Part shown: positions 30,425 to 40,687 of the stretch, in pieces
How positions within the stretch are numbered: position 1 is the stretch's first letter
Layout of the letters: each line of letters opens with the position of its first letter
Source of the DNA: Alphaproteobacteria bacterium
GTDB lineage: Bacteria > Pseudomonadota > Alphaproteobacteria > Bin95
Reading direction: 5' to 3'
NCBI GenBank assembly: GCA_963665325.3
Contig: CAXXWS020000001.1
Span: 132,252-196,251 of the forward strand
Length of the DNA stretch: 64,000 nucleotides
Notes under the pieces: model-generated
The model's input: the letters and a program-made list of their open reading frames with translations, nothing else
What the model was told of the DNA's origin: nothing
Database searches by the model: none
Position numbers and translations under genes: made by a program

Positions 30425-30862
30425 TCAGGCCGCCTCGCCGACGGTCACGGTGAGCCGCTTGCCCAGCCGCCGCAGCGCCCGGTCGATCGTCGCCGCCTTC
30501 GTCGCATGGTCCGGGTTCAGCATGCGCCGGACCTCGCTCTCCACGACGTCGAGGTCGCGGGCCAGCTGGCGCTGCGATATCCCGGCGCCGCGCCACGCCT
30601 CGTAGAGCGCCGCCTTGAGCGCGGTCTGCACCGGCGGGACCACCAGGGGCCGTCGCCTCCCGGCGGGCGAGGGCTTGGGCAGCGCGCCGCCCTCGCGCAT
30701 CGTCGCCGCGATGAGCTCGCGCAGCAGGTCGCGCGCCTCGGCCAGCGCCTCGTCGCGCGTCGCGCCGTCGGTCGCGCCCCACCCGAAGTCGGGGAACGAG
30801 ACGACGTGGCGCCCATCCTCGTCGCGTTCGATGGCGGCGGGATAGTCGTAGCTGTCGGGCAT
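30425..30862 (-). CDS. hicB: HicB-family antitoxin with C-terminal HTH
   Basis: YPA...VSFPDF...TDGAT..EAL; ISQRQLAR...VRRMLNPDH. Confidence 0.85.
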   Translation of the reverse strand: MPDSYDYPAAIERDEDGRHVVSFPDFGWGATDGATRDEALAEARDLLRELIAATMREGGALPKPSPAGRRRPLVVPPVQTALKAALYEAWRGAGISQRQLARDLDVVESEVRRMLNPDHATKAATIDRALRRLGKRLTVTVGEAA

Positions 30863-30870
30863 CAGTCCTC

Positions 30871-31086
30871 CTACAGGTCGTTCGGGTCGATTCCGAGGTC
30901 GGCCAGCATCTTGCCGAGTAGCCCCCGGGCGATCTCCTTCCTGCGGTCCTTGACGGTGGTCTTTCGCTCACCGCCCACATAGAGCGTCCCGTGCGAGCCG
31001 GATCCCTCGGATGCGACGAAGCGCACCTCCACGCCCCGGCCCTTCGCCCACCGCCGGACCCGCGCGATGAACTGCCGTCCGGTCAT
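30871..31086 (-). CDS. hicA: HicA-family toxin
   Basis: GSGSHGTLY...TTVKD...EI..GLL.KML.DLGI. Confidence 0.8.
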   Translation of the reverse strand: MTGRQFIARVRRWAKGRGVEVRFVASEGSGSHGTLYVGGERKTTVKDRRKEIARGLLGKMLADLGIDPNDL

Positions 31087-31718
31087 CGCCCGACGATAGA
31101 CGCGAACAATTTTGCGCGCAACCGCCCAGGCAGAGTCATCGACCATGCGCCGCTCTGCGCAGCAGACCCTTCCGCCGTGCCCCGCTCGAACCCGGGGCCG
31201 GTCGGCGGACCGGGAATCATCGCGCCCGTCGGTCTCTTCCTTGCCGCGATACCCCGTCGGTGCACGGTCGCCGCCATGCGGGTTCGCACCGCGAAGAGGA
31301 GAGTTTGGCCGGAAGCGGGGCGGCGGGCGGGGTGTCCGGGGGAAGGCATCGCCGCCGTCGCCCACCACCGGCACGAGGGAGACGACAGCGATGGCGATAC
31401 CGGGCAACACGGCGAAGACGTTTCTGGTGGACGACTTCGGCTCCGGCCTCGAAGGCGACGACCGCTTCGTGGTCGAGCGGTTCAAGGCGCTCGCGGACGG
31501 CGATATTCGCCCGGACCTCACCAAGATCATCATCTGCACCGGCCTTCGCACCCGCGGTGGACGGCAAGCGTGGGGAACCGGGTCCGTCCGGCGGGGTTTC
31601 CAATGCTTGCAGAGGCATGTCCGGCAATCGGGGAGTTACGGCAACTCCCTGCGGACACGCCGTTTTCGCAACCCGCTGTGCGGCTTTCGATGCATCTGCC
31701 GGTCGCACATTGGGGATT

Positions 31719-32741
31719 ATGAGAAAAACCCTGCTTGCGACCTCCGCGCTGGCCTTGGCCGGCGCGCTGGCTGCCGGGCCGGCTTCGGCGGCCGACATGC
31801 TGAGCGTCGGCGTCGGCGGCTATATGCAACAGTGGATTGGTGCAGCCGACCGGACTGACGACAGCGACGAGGGCGGTGTCGACATCCAGTCGGACAGCGA
31901 AATCTATTTCAAGGGCTCGATGGAGTCCGACATGGGTCTCAAGTTCGGCGTGCATGTCCAGCTCGAGGCCAACAACGAAGCGCATACCGATCCGAAGGGC
32001 GACGACACCGAGATCGACGAGTCGTTCGCATTCATGAGCGGCGACTTCGGTCGGATCGAGATCGGCCAGCGCGACCCGGTCCATGCGCGCACGCATTACG
32101 GCATCAAGGATGTCGGCGTCGGCCTGAACGCAGGCGACACGCAGAAGTGGATCCCGGGCGCCTATCTCGACACCAATGGCTGGATCGGGGACAACCTGAA
32201 CGTCATCTACATCTCGCCGCGCATGAACGGCGTACAGGTCGGCCTGTCCTACGGGGCGGACTCGGCCAGCGAGAACTCGGTCACCAGCGCACCGAAGAAC
32301 AACGACAACGCCGTGGTCGCCGGCGGCATCAACCTGAACCAGGAACTCGCCGACGCCAGCGTCAAGATTTCGCTCGGCCACCGCGCCGCCGGCACGGACA
32401 TGGACGACGACACGTTCACCAACATGGGCCTTGCGGTCAGCACCGGCGCGTTCGGTTTCAACGTTGCCTATGCCGAGCGCGACAAGGGCACGGGCATGAC
32501 AAAGGACGAGTGGTCGGTCGTGGGCGCCAGCATCAGCTACGCGGACGGCCCGATGTCGGTCAGCCTGGGGCACATGCTCCACGATGTGGAAGACGGCACG
32601 GAGCGCAACGCGACCATGCTCTCGGCCAGCTATTCGCTGGCGCCGGGCGTCGCGTGGAAAAGCTCTGTCTTCGGAGTCGAGGATACCGCCAACGAGACCG
32701 AAGGCACGGCGTTCGTGACCGGCATCACGCTCGGCTTCTGA
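31719..32741 (+). CDS. Alphaproteobacterial outer-membrane porin (cassette 1)
   Basis: Signal peptide, G+.FG...LE, IDE..+.+SG.FG.+E+G, Y.SPR, Y.LAPG, C-terminal Phe. Confidence 0.88.
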   Translation: MRKTLLATSALALAGALAAGPASAADMLSVGVGGYMQQWIGAADRTDDSDEGGVDIQSDSEIYFKGSMESDMGLKFGVHVQLEANNEAHTDPKGDDTEIDESFAFMSGDFGRIEIGQRDPVHARTHYGIKDVGVGLNAGDTQKWIPGAYLDTNGWIGDNLNVIYISPRMNGVQVGLSYGADSASENSVTSAPKNNDNAVVAGGINLNQELADASVKISLGHRAAGTDMDDDTFTNMGLAVSTGAFGFNVAYAERDKGTGMTKDEWSVVGASISYADGPMSVSLGHMLHDVEDGTERNATMLSASYSLAPGVAWKSSVFGVEDTANETEGTAFVTGITLGF

Positions 32742-32830
32742 GCGGGCGCGGTAATCCACGCCACGGAGGAACGATCAAGACAATTTGCCCGGCTGGCGCG
32801 GCTGGCCCGGGTTGAAAGGAGAGAGGTTCG

Positions 32831-34408
32831 ATGAGAACCATGAAACATTGGGCTATCGCGGCGATGACCGCTACGGCCTTGGCGCTTGCCGGATGCGGCG
32901 GAGGCGGTAGCGGGCCGGCCAGCATGATGGAGGAGTCGACGCGGACACCGGCAGAGCTGGCAGCTACTGCTTTTGGCCTCCTCAACACTGCGGAGACTGC
33001 CGTCAATGCGGTGATGGACGATTCCGACGCAGCTACGGTCACGACCGCCGAGATGGCGGTGGCGGCTGCCGAGACGGCGGTCGCTGCGGCGAGCGCTGCG
33101 GACAACCATGCCGCGCTCAGCCAGCGCCTCGGAACTCTTCAGGGCTCGCTCGCAACCAAGAAGAGTTCCCGCCAGACCGCGATGAACAATGCCGCAGAAG
33201 CAGGGGACAAGGCCACGACCGCCACTGCCAAGGCGCTCAAGAAGGCCATTGATCTTGTTGGCGTGGCGCCAGCGGTCACCACTGCCACGATTCCGACGTT
33301 CGACCTCGATGGCACAAACAACTCCACAGCCATCCCCCTCAAGAAGGGCGACTCTGCCGGGTCGCTCGGAAACTGGGACGGCACGGATTACGCGGGGATG
33401 GTCGACACCGGAATTGCCAAGACCACGGGCATGTACCGGAGGTATTCCAATCAGGAAGAGGCCAAGTCAGTCAGCTTCGCTTCCGAAGCAGGTGAAATGG
33501 TCCACGAACTCCCCCGTTATGTACCTACAGAAGGTGACTCTGCGGGAGATTACGCTTTGACCGGCACCGGCACCACCGTCACCACCACCGGCAATCCTGA
33601 CGTTTCCACCGAGATCGGCGGCTTCCCGACGACAGGGACGCACGATTACGAGGAGGATGACACGGTAACGGGCACCTACATGGGCGGAGCCGGAACCTAC
33701 AAGTGCATTGCAGACACCTGTGCATCGAACGCCGAGGGTGCCTCTGGCATCAACCTTTCGGAAGGCTGGACCTTTACCCCCAGCGGCGGGTCCATGGTGC
33801 AGGACAAGGACGGCGAATACCTGCACTTCGGTTGGTGGATTCGCAAGGACAGCAAGGACGATCCGACCCATGCCGGTGTTCTTTACGGTACGACGGGCGC
33901 CATCCTTGTGACTGAGAGTACGATCAACGACGCCGATTCCGCCCTCGTCGGCCCGGCGACCTATGTGGGCGCCGCTGCCGGCAAGTTCGCAGTCAGCGAT
34001 CCGTTACGTCCGGGCGAAGACAATGCCGGGCACTTTACGGCGGATGCCGAACTGATGGCGGACTTCAAAGCGGGCGAGTCAACCCTGAAAGGTACCATCG
34101 ACGAATTCCGGCTGAACGACGGCAGCACCAATCCAGGCTGGATCGTTGAGTTGCAGAAGGCGATGTTCATCGACGATGACGACGCTTTCAAGACGGCTGA
34201 AACTCCCGCCGGAGACCAAACTGTCTGGTCTATCGGTGGCAACAAGGGTGCGGCAGCCGGTAGCTGGGAAGCGCAGATGCATGACGACAAGACGGCCGAC
34301 GACACCAATGTGCCACAATCCGTCGTCGGTAGCTTCAGCGCGGCAATCAGCACTACGCACTCAATGGTCGGTGCGTTCGGTGCCGAGAGGACCGAGAGGA
34401 CGGAGTAG
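32831..34408 (+). CDS. Surface lipoprotein with TbpB-like C-terminal barrel (cassette 1)
   Basis: Lipobox LAGC-GGGG; G.Y.C....C, YLHFGWW, Y.G.AAG, FTADA.L.A.F, terminal VGAFGA. Confidence 0.82.
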   Translation: MRTMKHWAIAAMTATALALAGCGGGGSGPASMMEESTRTPAELAATAFGLLNTAETAVNAVMDDSDAATVTTAEMAVAAAETAVAAASAADNHAALSQRLGTLQGSLATKKSSRQTAMNNAAEAGDKATTATAKALKKAIDLVGVAPAVTTATIPTFDLDGTNNSTAIPLKKGDSAGSLGNWDGTDYAGMVDTGIAKTTGMYRRYSNQEEAKSVSFASEAGEMVHELPRYVPTEGDSAGDYALTGTGTTVTTTGNPDVSTEIGGFPTTGTHDYEEDDTVTGTYMGGAGTYKCIADTCASNAEGASGINLSEGWTFTPSGGSMVQDKDGEYLHFGWWIRKDSKDDPTHAGVLYGTTGAILVTESTINDADSALVGPATYVGAAAGKFAVSDPLRPGEDNAGHFTADAELMADFKAGESTLKGTIDEFRLNDGSTNPGWIVELQKAMFIDDDDAFKTAETPAGDQTVWSIGGNKGAAAGSWEAQMHDDKTADDTNVPQSVVGSFSAAISTTHSMVGAFGAERTERTE

Positions 34409-34469
34409 CCGAACGGGGTCGGGTCTTGTTCATGTGAGAACCTGACCTGCCCCCTGGCTTTCAGTGACG

Positions 34470-34503
34470 AGGGCGGCGGCTTCGGTCGCCGCCCTTCTTT
34501 TTT
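34470..34503 (+). terminator. Intrinsic terminator between lipoprotein 1 and SLAM 1
   Basis: AGGGCGGCG-GCTTCGGT-CGCCGCCCT followed by T-tract. Confidence 0.85.
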
Positions 34504-34600
34504 CCGATTGCAGGACGACCCGGACACCGCAAAGATGCGACAGACCGTGCGCCGCCTTTCCGGCGGCTCCTCTCCGGGCGGCCGGGAGACAAGTGACGCC

Positions 34601-35877
34601 ATGACGCGGTTTCTCGCCGGCACCGCCATTGTGGGCCTGCTGATCCTGCTTCTGGCGGCGGTCGGCTGGGGCCCGAAGCCCGCCTTCGGCCAGGACGCGA
34701 CCGGCCCACGCTTCCGCGCCGGCATGGAGGCTCTCAACGCCGCCCATACCGCAGCGGACCGGGAGGCCCGCGACGAGAAGCTTGACGAAGCTATTGCGGC
34801 TTTCCGCGCCATCCTCGTGAACCGCCCGGAGCTTGTGCGGGTGCGGCTCGAACTGGCCCGCGCCTTCTTCCTGAAGGAGGAGGACACGCTGGCCCGGAGG
34901 CATTTCGAGCAGGTGCTGGCCGGCAGGCCGCCGCCCCCGGTGGTTGCCAATATCGTCCGCTTCCTGCGCATCATGCGTGCACGGCGGCGCTGGGAGGCCA
35001 GCTTCGGCATGGCCGTGGCCCCCGACAGCAACCTGAACGCCGCCTCCGGCGAACGCACGATCGTCCTGGACACGCCCTTCGGTCGCCTGCCCTTCACGCG
35101 CCAGGGCGACATTGCGCCGAAGTCCGGCCTCGGCCTCTCGGTCTGGGGTGGCGGCGAATACCAGTATCCGCTTTCACAGACTCTCCGGCTGCGCTCCGGG
35201 GCCAACGCCAGCATCCGGGAATACAAGGCGGAGACTTCGACCGTCATTTCCTCTCGGCGCATCTGGGCCCGCGCCGGTCGATCGATGCGAGGACGGAGGC
35301 AAGCCTGCTGGCGACCATGGACCGGCAGTGGACCGCCGGCAGGCCCGAGACCGACCGCTTCGGCCTGCGCCTGGAAGGCGAGCACCGGCTGACGCCGCGT
35401 CTTGCGATGTTCGGGCGGGCGAGCGCGGCCCGGCGCAACTGCCGCGACTGCAACCATCTCGACGGCCCGGAGGGGAATGTCTCGCTCGGAGCCACATGGG
35501 CCGTGCTGCCGATCCTGCGCCTCAGCGGCAATGCCAGCTGGAACTGGAGCCGCACCAACTCCGAACACTGGCGCTCGCGCGGCCCGCAGGCCAGCCTGGG
35601 CGCGTCGCTGGCGCTGCCAGCCGGCTTCACCCTCGGCCTGCGCGGCTCCCTGCAGCGCACCGGATACGAGGGGCGGGGCTTCGCCCACAACACCATCGAC
35701 CGCCAGCCTCGCGAGGACGAGACGCAGACGCTCTCGGTCTCGGTCCACAACCGCGCCGTGACGGTGTTCGGCTTCAGCCCCCGCATCAGCCTTGTCCGCG
35801 AGGAGCGCGAGACCAACGCCCAAGCCCTCGACTACAAGCGCAACCGCGCCGAGCTCTCCTTCGTGCGCCAGTTCTGA
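34601..35877 (+). pseudogene. slam: SLAM (TPR + DUF560 barrel), 1-bp frameshift at about 35228 (cassette 1)
   Basis: RVRLELARAFF TPR, APDSNLN, C-terminal FVRQF; AAGGC where paralogues have AAGGGC. Confidence 0.82.
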
Positions 35878-35997
35878 TGCGGAACGCATGCTTACCATTC
35901 GCGGCGTTGCACGCGTCGCAGAATGGCCGGCGCGGACAGAGCGGGCACTCCCCGTGCCTCCTTCCGATCGGGCCGCAATGGAAGAGGAGATCGGAAG

Positions 35998-36190
35998 ATG
36001 CCCGACATCAACATGAAATATCTGCGGACGTTCCTCACGCAGGTCAAAGCACGCAGAAAACCGCACGCCGCCCGGGAGGCACCAGGACTGCCGTCCTCGC
36101 CCACCTCGCGGCCGTGGAAAAGCTTGTCGGCAGACGCCTGGTTGAAAGGGGCAAACGGGGCGGGCGCAGTTGACGGAAGCCGGGGTCGCC
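35998..36190 (+). pseudogene. LysR-type HTH regulator remnant
   Basis: NMKYLRTFL / VEKLVG / QLTEAGVA in three frames, collinear with 42374-42853. Confidence 0.7.
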
Positions 36191-36304
36191 AACGGGAGAA
36201 GCCAACCTTGGATCGGCCGGGACCTCGACCTCTCCAGGAATCCGCTGCCGAAATCGCAACGAGTAGTTTGCAATGCTGTTCCGCCCCCTGCCCGGATCGA
36301 CCCG

Positions 36305-37150
36305 ATGATGCGCGGCGCGAGCCGGAGGCGGTTGTTCGGCTTGCAGACTGTTCTGGGCCTGGCGCGGCGCGGTTTCTTCATTCCATACGCGCGGGCTGAT
36401 GTCGTCGCGCCGCCGAAGCCGCTCGGATGGGTCGAGGCCCGCTTCAAGGCGGCCCTGCCGACATTCCTGGCGGCGATGGACGACCTCGACGACCTGGCGC
36501 CGGCGCTCAGCGCCATAGGCGGGGAGCCGCCGCCGGAGCCGCGCTGGGACCAGGACTGGTTTCCCCGGCTCGATGCCGCCATGCTTTATGCGCTCACGCG
36601 CCGACGCCTGCCGCGCCGCGCTGTCGAGGTCGGCAGCGGTCATTCCACGCGCTTCCTGCTTCGCGCGCTCCGGGATGGCGGCGCGGAAGCGGAAGTGACC
36701 GCGATCGATCCTGCGCCCCGTGCCGACCTTGCCGGACTCGGGAACCGCCTCAGGCTCTTGCGGCTTACAGTGCAGGAGGTGGGCCGGAAGCCTTTCGAGG
36801 CGCTGGAAGCGGGTGACTTGCTGGTGATCGATTCCAGCCATGTCGCCATGCCGGGCACGGACGTGGATTTCCTGTTCGGGCATATACTGCCGGAACTGCC
36901 GCCCGGCGTGTTGCTGCATGTCCATGATGTCTTCCTGCCGGACCCGTACCCGGGGGACTGGGCCTGGCGGGGCTATAACGAGCAATTGCCGGCGGTACTG
37001 CTGATCGCCGGCGGCTGGCGCCCGATCTTCGCCAGCCGCTACATGGCGACGCGGCATCCGGATCGCATCGCGAGTTCCGTCGTGGCCACTCTGCCCATGC
37101 CGCACGGAGCCCGGGACACGAGCCTCTGGCTTTGCAGGGAGCCAGCATGA
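36305..37150 (+). CDS. Class I SAM-dependent methyltransferase (Methyltransf_24-like)
   Basis: VEVGSGHST, AIDPAP, IDSSH...GTDV, HVHDVFLP..YP, YNEQ. Confidence 0.85.
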   Translation: MMRGASRRRLFGLQTVLGLARRGFFIPYARADVVAPPKPLGWVEARFKAALPTFLAAMDDLDDLAPALSAIGGEPPPEPRWDQDWFPRLDAAMLYALTRRRLPRRAVEVGSGHSTRFLLRALRDGGAEAEVTAIDPAPRADLAGLGNRLRLLRLTVQEVGRKPFEALEAGDLLVIDSSHVAMPGTDVDFLFGHILPELPPGVLLHVHDVFLPDPYPGDWAWRGYNEQLPAVLLIAGGWRPIFASRYMATRHPDRIASSVVATLPMPHGARDTSLWLCREPA

Positions 37151-37474
37151 TCGCCCGCGCGGCCCGGAGTTTCCCCGGCTCACGCAACGGCGCAGAAGCG
37201 ATGCCAGGACGTCGGTCGAGCTGGCCAGCGGATGACGCGATTTCGGTCAGAATCCCACCCGCCTGGCCCTCGGGCGGCGTGACCGTTGCGGGCGTCAGCG
37301 CGTCGAAGATGCCCGTAAAGCGTCCATGCGAGCCGTCCTCTTCGGCGAACAGCACATCGGTCGAGCCGACCGCGCGCCGGGGCTTGCCATCCATATCCGG
37401 CACATTCGACAACTGTCCGGGCCGGCCATTCTGCGATGCCTGCAACGCGGCGAATGGCAACGATGCGTTCCGCA

Positions 37475-38737
37475 TCAGAACTGGCGCACGAAGCTGAGTT
37501 CGGCGCGGTTGCGCTTGTAGTCGAGGGCCTGGGCGTTGGTGTCGCGCTCCTCGCGGACGAGCGAGAGGCGAGGGCTGAAGCCGAGCACCGTCACCGCGCG
37601 GTTGTGGACCGAGAGCGAGAGCGTCCGCGTCTCGTCCTCGCGCGGCTCGCCGCCGATGGTGTTGTGGGCGAAACCGCTGCCCTGATATTCCGTGCGCTGC
37701 AGGGACGCGCGCAGGCCCACGGTGAAGCCGGCCGGCAGCGCCAGCGTCGCGCCGAGGCTCGCCTGGGGCCCGCTTGAGCGCCAGTGCTCGGAGTTGGTGC
37801 GGCTCCAGCTCCAGCCGGCATTGCCGCCGACGCGCAGGATCGGCAGCGCGGCCCAGCCTGCCCCCAGCGAGACATCGCCCACCGGACCGTCGAGCCAGTC
37901 GCAGTCGCGGCAGTTGCGCCGGGCGGCGCTCGCCCTGCCGAACATCGACAGGCGCGCCGTCAGGCGGCGCTCGGCTTCCAGGCGCAGGCCGAAGCGGTCG
38001 GTCTCGGGCATGCCGGCGGTCCATTGCCGGTCCACGGTCGCCAGCAGGCTTGCCTCCGTCATCGCGTCGATCAGCCGACGCGGGCCGAGATGGGCCGAGA
38101 GGGAATGACGGTCGAAGGTTCCGCCCTTGTATTCCCGCAGGCTGGCGTTCGCCCCGGAGCGCAGCCGCCAGCGGCCTGCCCCAAGCGGATACTGGTATTC
38201 GCCGCCGCCCCAGACCGAGACGCCGAGGCCGGACTTCGGCGTGGCAGGCTGGTCGAGAGTGAAGGGCAGGCGGCCGAACGGTGTGTCGAGGAAGACCGTG
38301 CGCTCGCCCGACGCGGCGTTCAGGTTGCTGTCGGGGGCCACGGCCATGCCGAAGCTGGCCTCCCAGCTCCGCCGCGCGCGCATGACATTCAGGAAACTCC
38401 GGATATTGGCGGCGACGGTCGGCGGTACGTCCCCGGCCAGCACCTGTTCGAAATGCCGCCTCGCCAACGTGTCCTCCTCCCTCAGGAAGAAGGCGCGGGC
38501 AAGTTCGAGCCGCACCCGCACAAGCTCCGGGCGGTCCACCAGGATGGACCGGAAGGCGGCGATGGCCTCGTCGAGCTTCCCGTCGCGGACCTCGCCCTCC
38601 GGCAGCTTCATCGCCGCCGCCACCGCCTGCACACCGGCGCGAAAGCGCAGCGCGGTCCCGTCCTCCTGCGAAAAGGCGACGGTTGCGGTGACTATCACGA
38701 TGAGGCCGGCGAGGATGACAAGAATCAATAAACGCAT
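37475..38737 (-). CDS. slam: SLAM (cassette 2)
   Basis: Signal peptide, TPR, barrel ending FVRQF. Confidence 0.85.
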   Translation of the reverse strand: MRLLILVILAGLIVIVTATVAFSQEDGTALRFRAGVQAVAAAMKLPEGEVRDGKLDEAIAAFRSILVDRPELVRVRLELARAFFLREEDTLARRHFEQVLAGDVPPTVAANIRSFLNVMRARRSWEASFGMAVAPDSNLNAASGERTVFLDTPFGRLPFTLDQPATPKSGLGVSVWGGGEYQYPLGAGRWRLRSGANASLREYKGGTFDRHSLSAHLGPRRLIDAMTEASLLATVDRQWTAGMPETDRFGLRLEAERRLTARLSMFGRASAARRNCRDCDWLDGPVGDVSLGAGWAALPILRVGGNAGWSWSRTNSEHWRSSGPQASLGATLALPAGFTVGLRASLQRTEYQGSGFAHNTIGGEPREDETRTLSLSVHNRAVTVLGFSPRLSLVREERDTNAQALDYKRNRAELSFVRQF

Positions 38738-38761
38738 GGCTCAAAAATGGTCTCGCGGAAG

Positions 38762-38796
38762 AAAAAAACCCGGCGCGCACGGGAGCGCGCCGGGGT
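38762..38796 (-). terminator. Intrinsic terminator between lipoprotein 2 and SLAM 2
   Basis: CCCGGCGCGC/GCGCGCCGGG stem plus T7 on the minus strand. Confidence 0.85.
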
Positions 38797-38826
38797 CTTG
38801 TTGGTCACCAGTGGTGACGGAGGCAG

Positions 38827-40602
38827 CTACTCCGCGCCGAACCCGCCGGCAACCGCCGTGTTCCCGTCGATGGCAGCAAAGAAGCGCCCCGCGATTCCGC
38901 TGGGATACTCCCCGGCACGGCTGGGACCGTACAGTGTGTACTCCCAATTACCAGCTCTGTTGGCAGCGTCTCCCGACGTGACACTTCCTCCGGTAGCACC
39001 ACTGGTACCGGAGGCGAAAGCGGTCCGTTGCAAGTTCAACGTCCACCCGCTCATATCGACGCCATCGCCGTTCGTGAACCCGTCGATCGTGCCGCTGACA
39101 TCGGCACCCACGGTAGCGACACCGTATCTCGCCGTCAGCGACGCGTCGGCCGTGAACTCGCCGCGCGCGGCGGTGACGCCGGTAGCCGCATTGGCCGTCC
39201 TCGCATAGAGACCGCCCGCAGGCCCGGTATAGGTGAGGTTGAGCCGGGGCAACTGACCGGCGGCAAGGTTCGCGGCAGCGAACTGGTCTGCGCCACCGTA
39301 GAACACCTGCGCATTATACAGGAACGCGCCGCCCGGCCGTGCGGCTGCCGGCTCGTCCAACCACCAGCCGAAACTCAGCCAGTTGCTGTCCTGCCTGTGA
39401 AGTTGCGCATCGTTCCTGTTGTTAGCCTCCCGATCCGGTAGGAACGTCCAGCCGTTGTTCGCCACAAATGTCGCAGGTCCCGCAGCATTGGCCGGAGTTA
39501 TGGCAATCGTGCAAGGATCAGTGCTGCACGTATAGGTGCCGGAGGCTCCGTGGAAGGTGCCGGTAAACGACGCACCGAAATTCCTGGGGCCGGGAGTAGA
39601 GGTGGCACTATACGTGTAGGTGAGTGTCCTGGAGCCCGTTGCTCCCGGCGCCGGGAAGAACCTGGGATCGAGAAGCCCCTGCGCAGCGGCATCCCGCACG
39701 TCAGCCGCAGTGAGGGTCAAGCCCGCAGGACCGAGAACACCGGTAGTACCGGGAACATTCAAAGTGCCATCGGTCGAGGCACCCGGAAGATGCGCAATTT
39801 GGCCAGTACTCAGACCAGGCCTGTAGATCGACGACGCAACGTCAGCCTCGAAGTCTGCCCGCATCGCATTCGCGATGTTGGAGTAAACGGTGATGCTCTG
39901 CGTAGCACCGTTACTCAGCACCCTGCCGGCCCAACCGGTCGCTCCGGCGTCAGCCGCAGCCATGGCGTCGCCGTGCCAACCGGCCCGGTCCCGCGTGACC
40001 ATGAGATCGCCGGTCAGTCCGCGCGTGATGACAACGTCGGAATTGGAGCCAGCGGTCCAACCCGCCTGCGGTATGCGCACCGGGGTCACCGTAACCGGGT
40101 TCCCGGACGGGCCGCCGGTGAAGACATCGTTGGCACCGCCCGACCGCGTCAGCGCCTCGTGCAGGCCTGCGGCGCGACCGTCCAACTCTGTCATCGCGGC
40201 CATCTTCTGCATGGCGAGCGCGTCGGCAGCAACCTTGGTGAGCCCGGCTGTAGCCGCGCCGCCCTCGGAAGTGGCCATTCCGTCTTCGTCGAGCGTCACC
40301 GTGCAGTCCTCGCCGCCAGCCGGGCAACTGAACTCCACGCCCCCGGACGTGTCCATTCCACCGGCCGCGATCTCCAGCGGGAAGTCGGCAGTGTCAAGCA
40401 GGTACATGTCGCCCTCGGGAAGCGCCGGCAGCATCACGGCCGTCGAGGTCGGCGCCGGGGGCGTCGTCGGCTCCGGGGTCGGCGTGGTGGGCGTCGCAGT
40501 CGGCGCCACCATGCTACTGGAGCTGCCGCCACCGCCGCAGCCTGCGAGGGCCAGAGCCGAAGCGGCCATTGCCACAAAGGCCAGATGTTTAATGGTTCTC
40601 AT
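38827..40602 (-). CDS. Surface lipoprotein with TbpB-like barrel (cassette 2)
   Basis: LAGC-GGGG, Pro/Thr linker, CPAGGEDC, FGWW, terminal VAGGFGAE. Confidence 0.82.
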   Translation of the reverse strand: MRTIKHLAFVAMAASALALAGCGGGGSSSSMVAPTATPTTPTPEPTTPPAPTSTAVMLPALPEGDMYLLDTADFPLEIAAGGMDTSGGVEFSCPAGGEDCTVTLDEDGMATSEGGAATAGLTKVAADALAMQKMAAMTELDGRAAGLHEALTRSGGANDVFTGGPSGNPVTVTPVRIPQAGWTAGSNSDVVITRGLTGDLMVTRDRAGWHGDAMAAADAGATGWAGRVLSNGATQSITVYSNIANAMRADFEADVASSIYRPGLSTGQIAHLPGASTDGTLNVPGTTGVLGPAGLTLTAADVRDAAAQGLLDPRFFPAPGATGSRTLTYTYSATSTPGPRNFGASFTGTFHGASGTYTCSTDPCTIAITPANAAGPATFVANNGWTFLPDREANNRNDAQLHRQDSNWLSFGWWLDEPAAARPGGAFLYNAQVFYGGADQFAAANLAAGQLPRLNLTYTGPAGGLYARTANAATGVTAARGEFTADASLTARYGVATVGADVSGTIDGFTNGDGVDMSGWTLNLQRTAFASGTSGATGGSVTSGDAANRAGNWEYTLYGPSRAGEYPSGIAGRFFAAIDGNTAVAGGFGAE

Positions 40603-40687
40603 CGAACCCTTCTCCTTTCAACCCGGACCGGATTCGGCCGGGCAAACCGTTTGGATCGTTCCTTCGTAGGGTTGTTCGCCGCGCAGA

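Noticed and set aside
31391-31560. Protein-like fragment MAIPGNTAKTFLVDDFG
   Set aside because: No recognisable family; runs into the porin upstream region
34138-34156. Partial spacer matches inside lipoprotein 1 (TGGATCgtTGAGTTG) and porin 3 (56591, ATGGATCgGTG)
   Set aside because: Short, no convincing PAM, expected by chance in 64 kb
33961-36582. 873-aa minus-strand ORF and other long antisense or alternate-frame ORFs (e.g. 9201-11585, 9617-11746, 36765-38780, 57671-59218)
   Set aside because: Shadow ORFs of real genes in high-GC DNA; Arg/Pro/Ala-rich with no motifs
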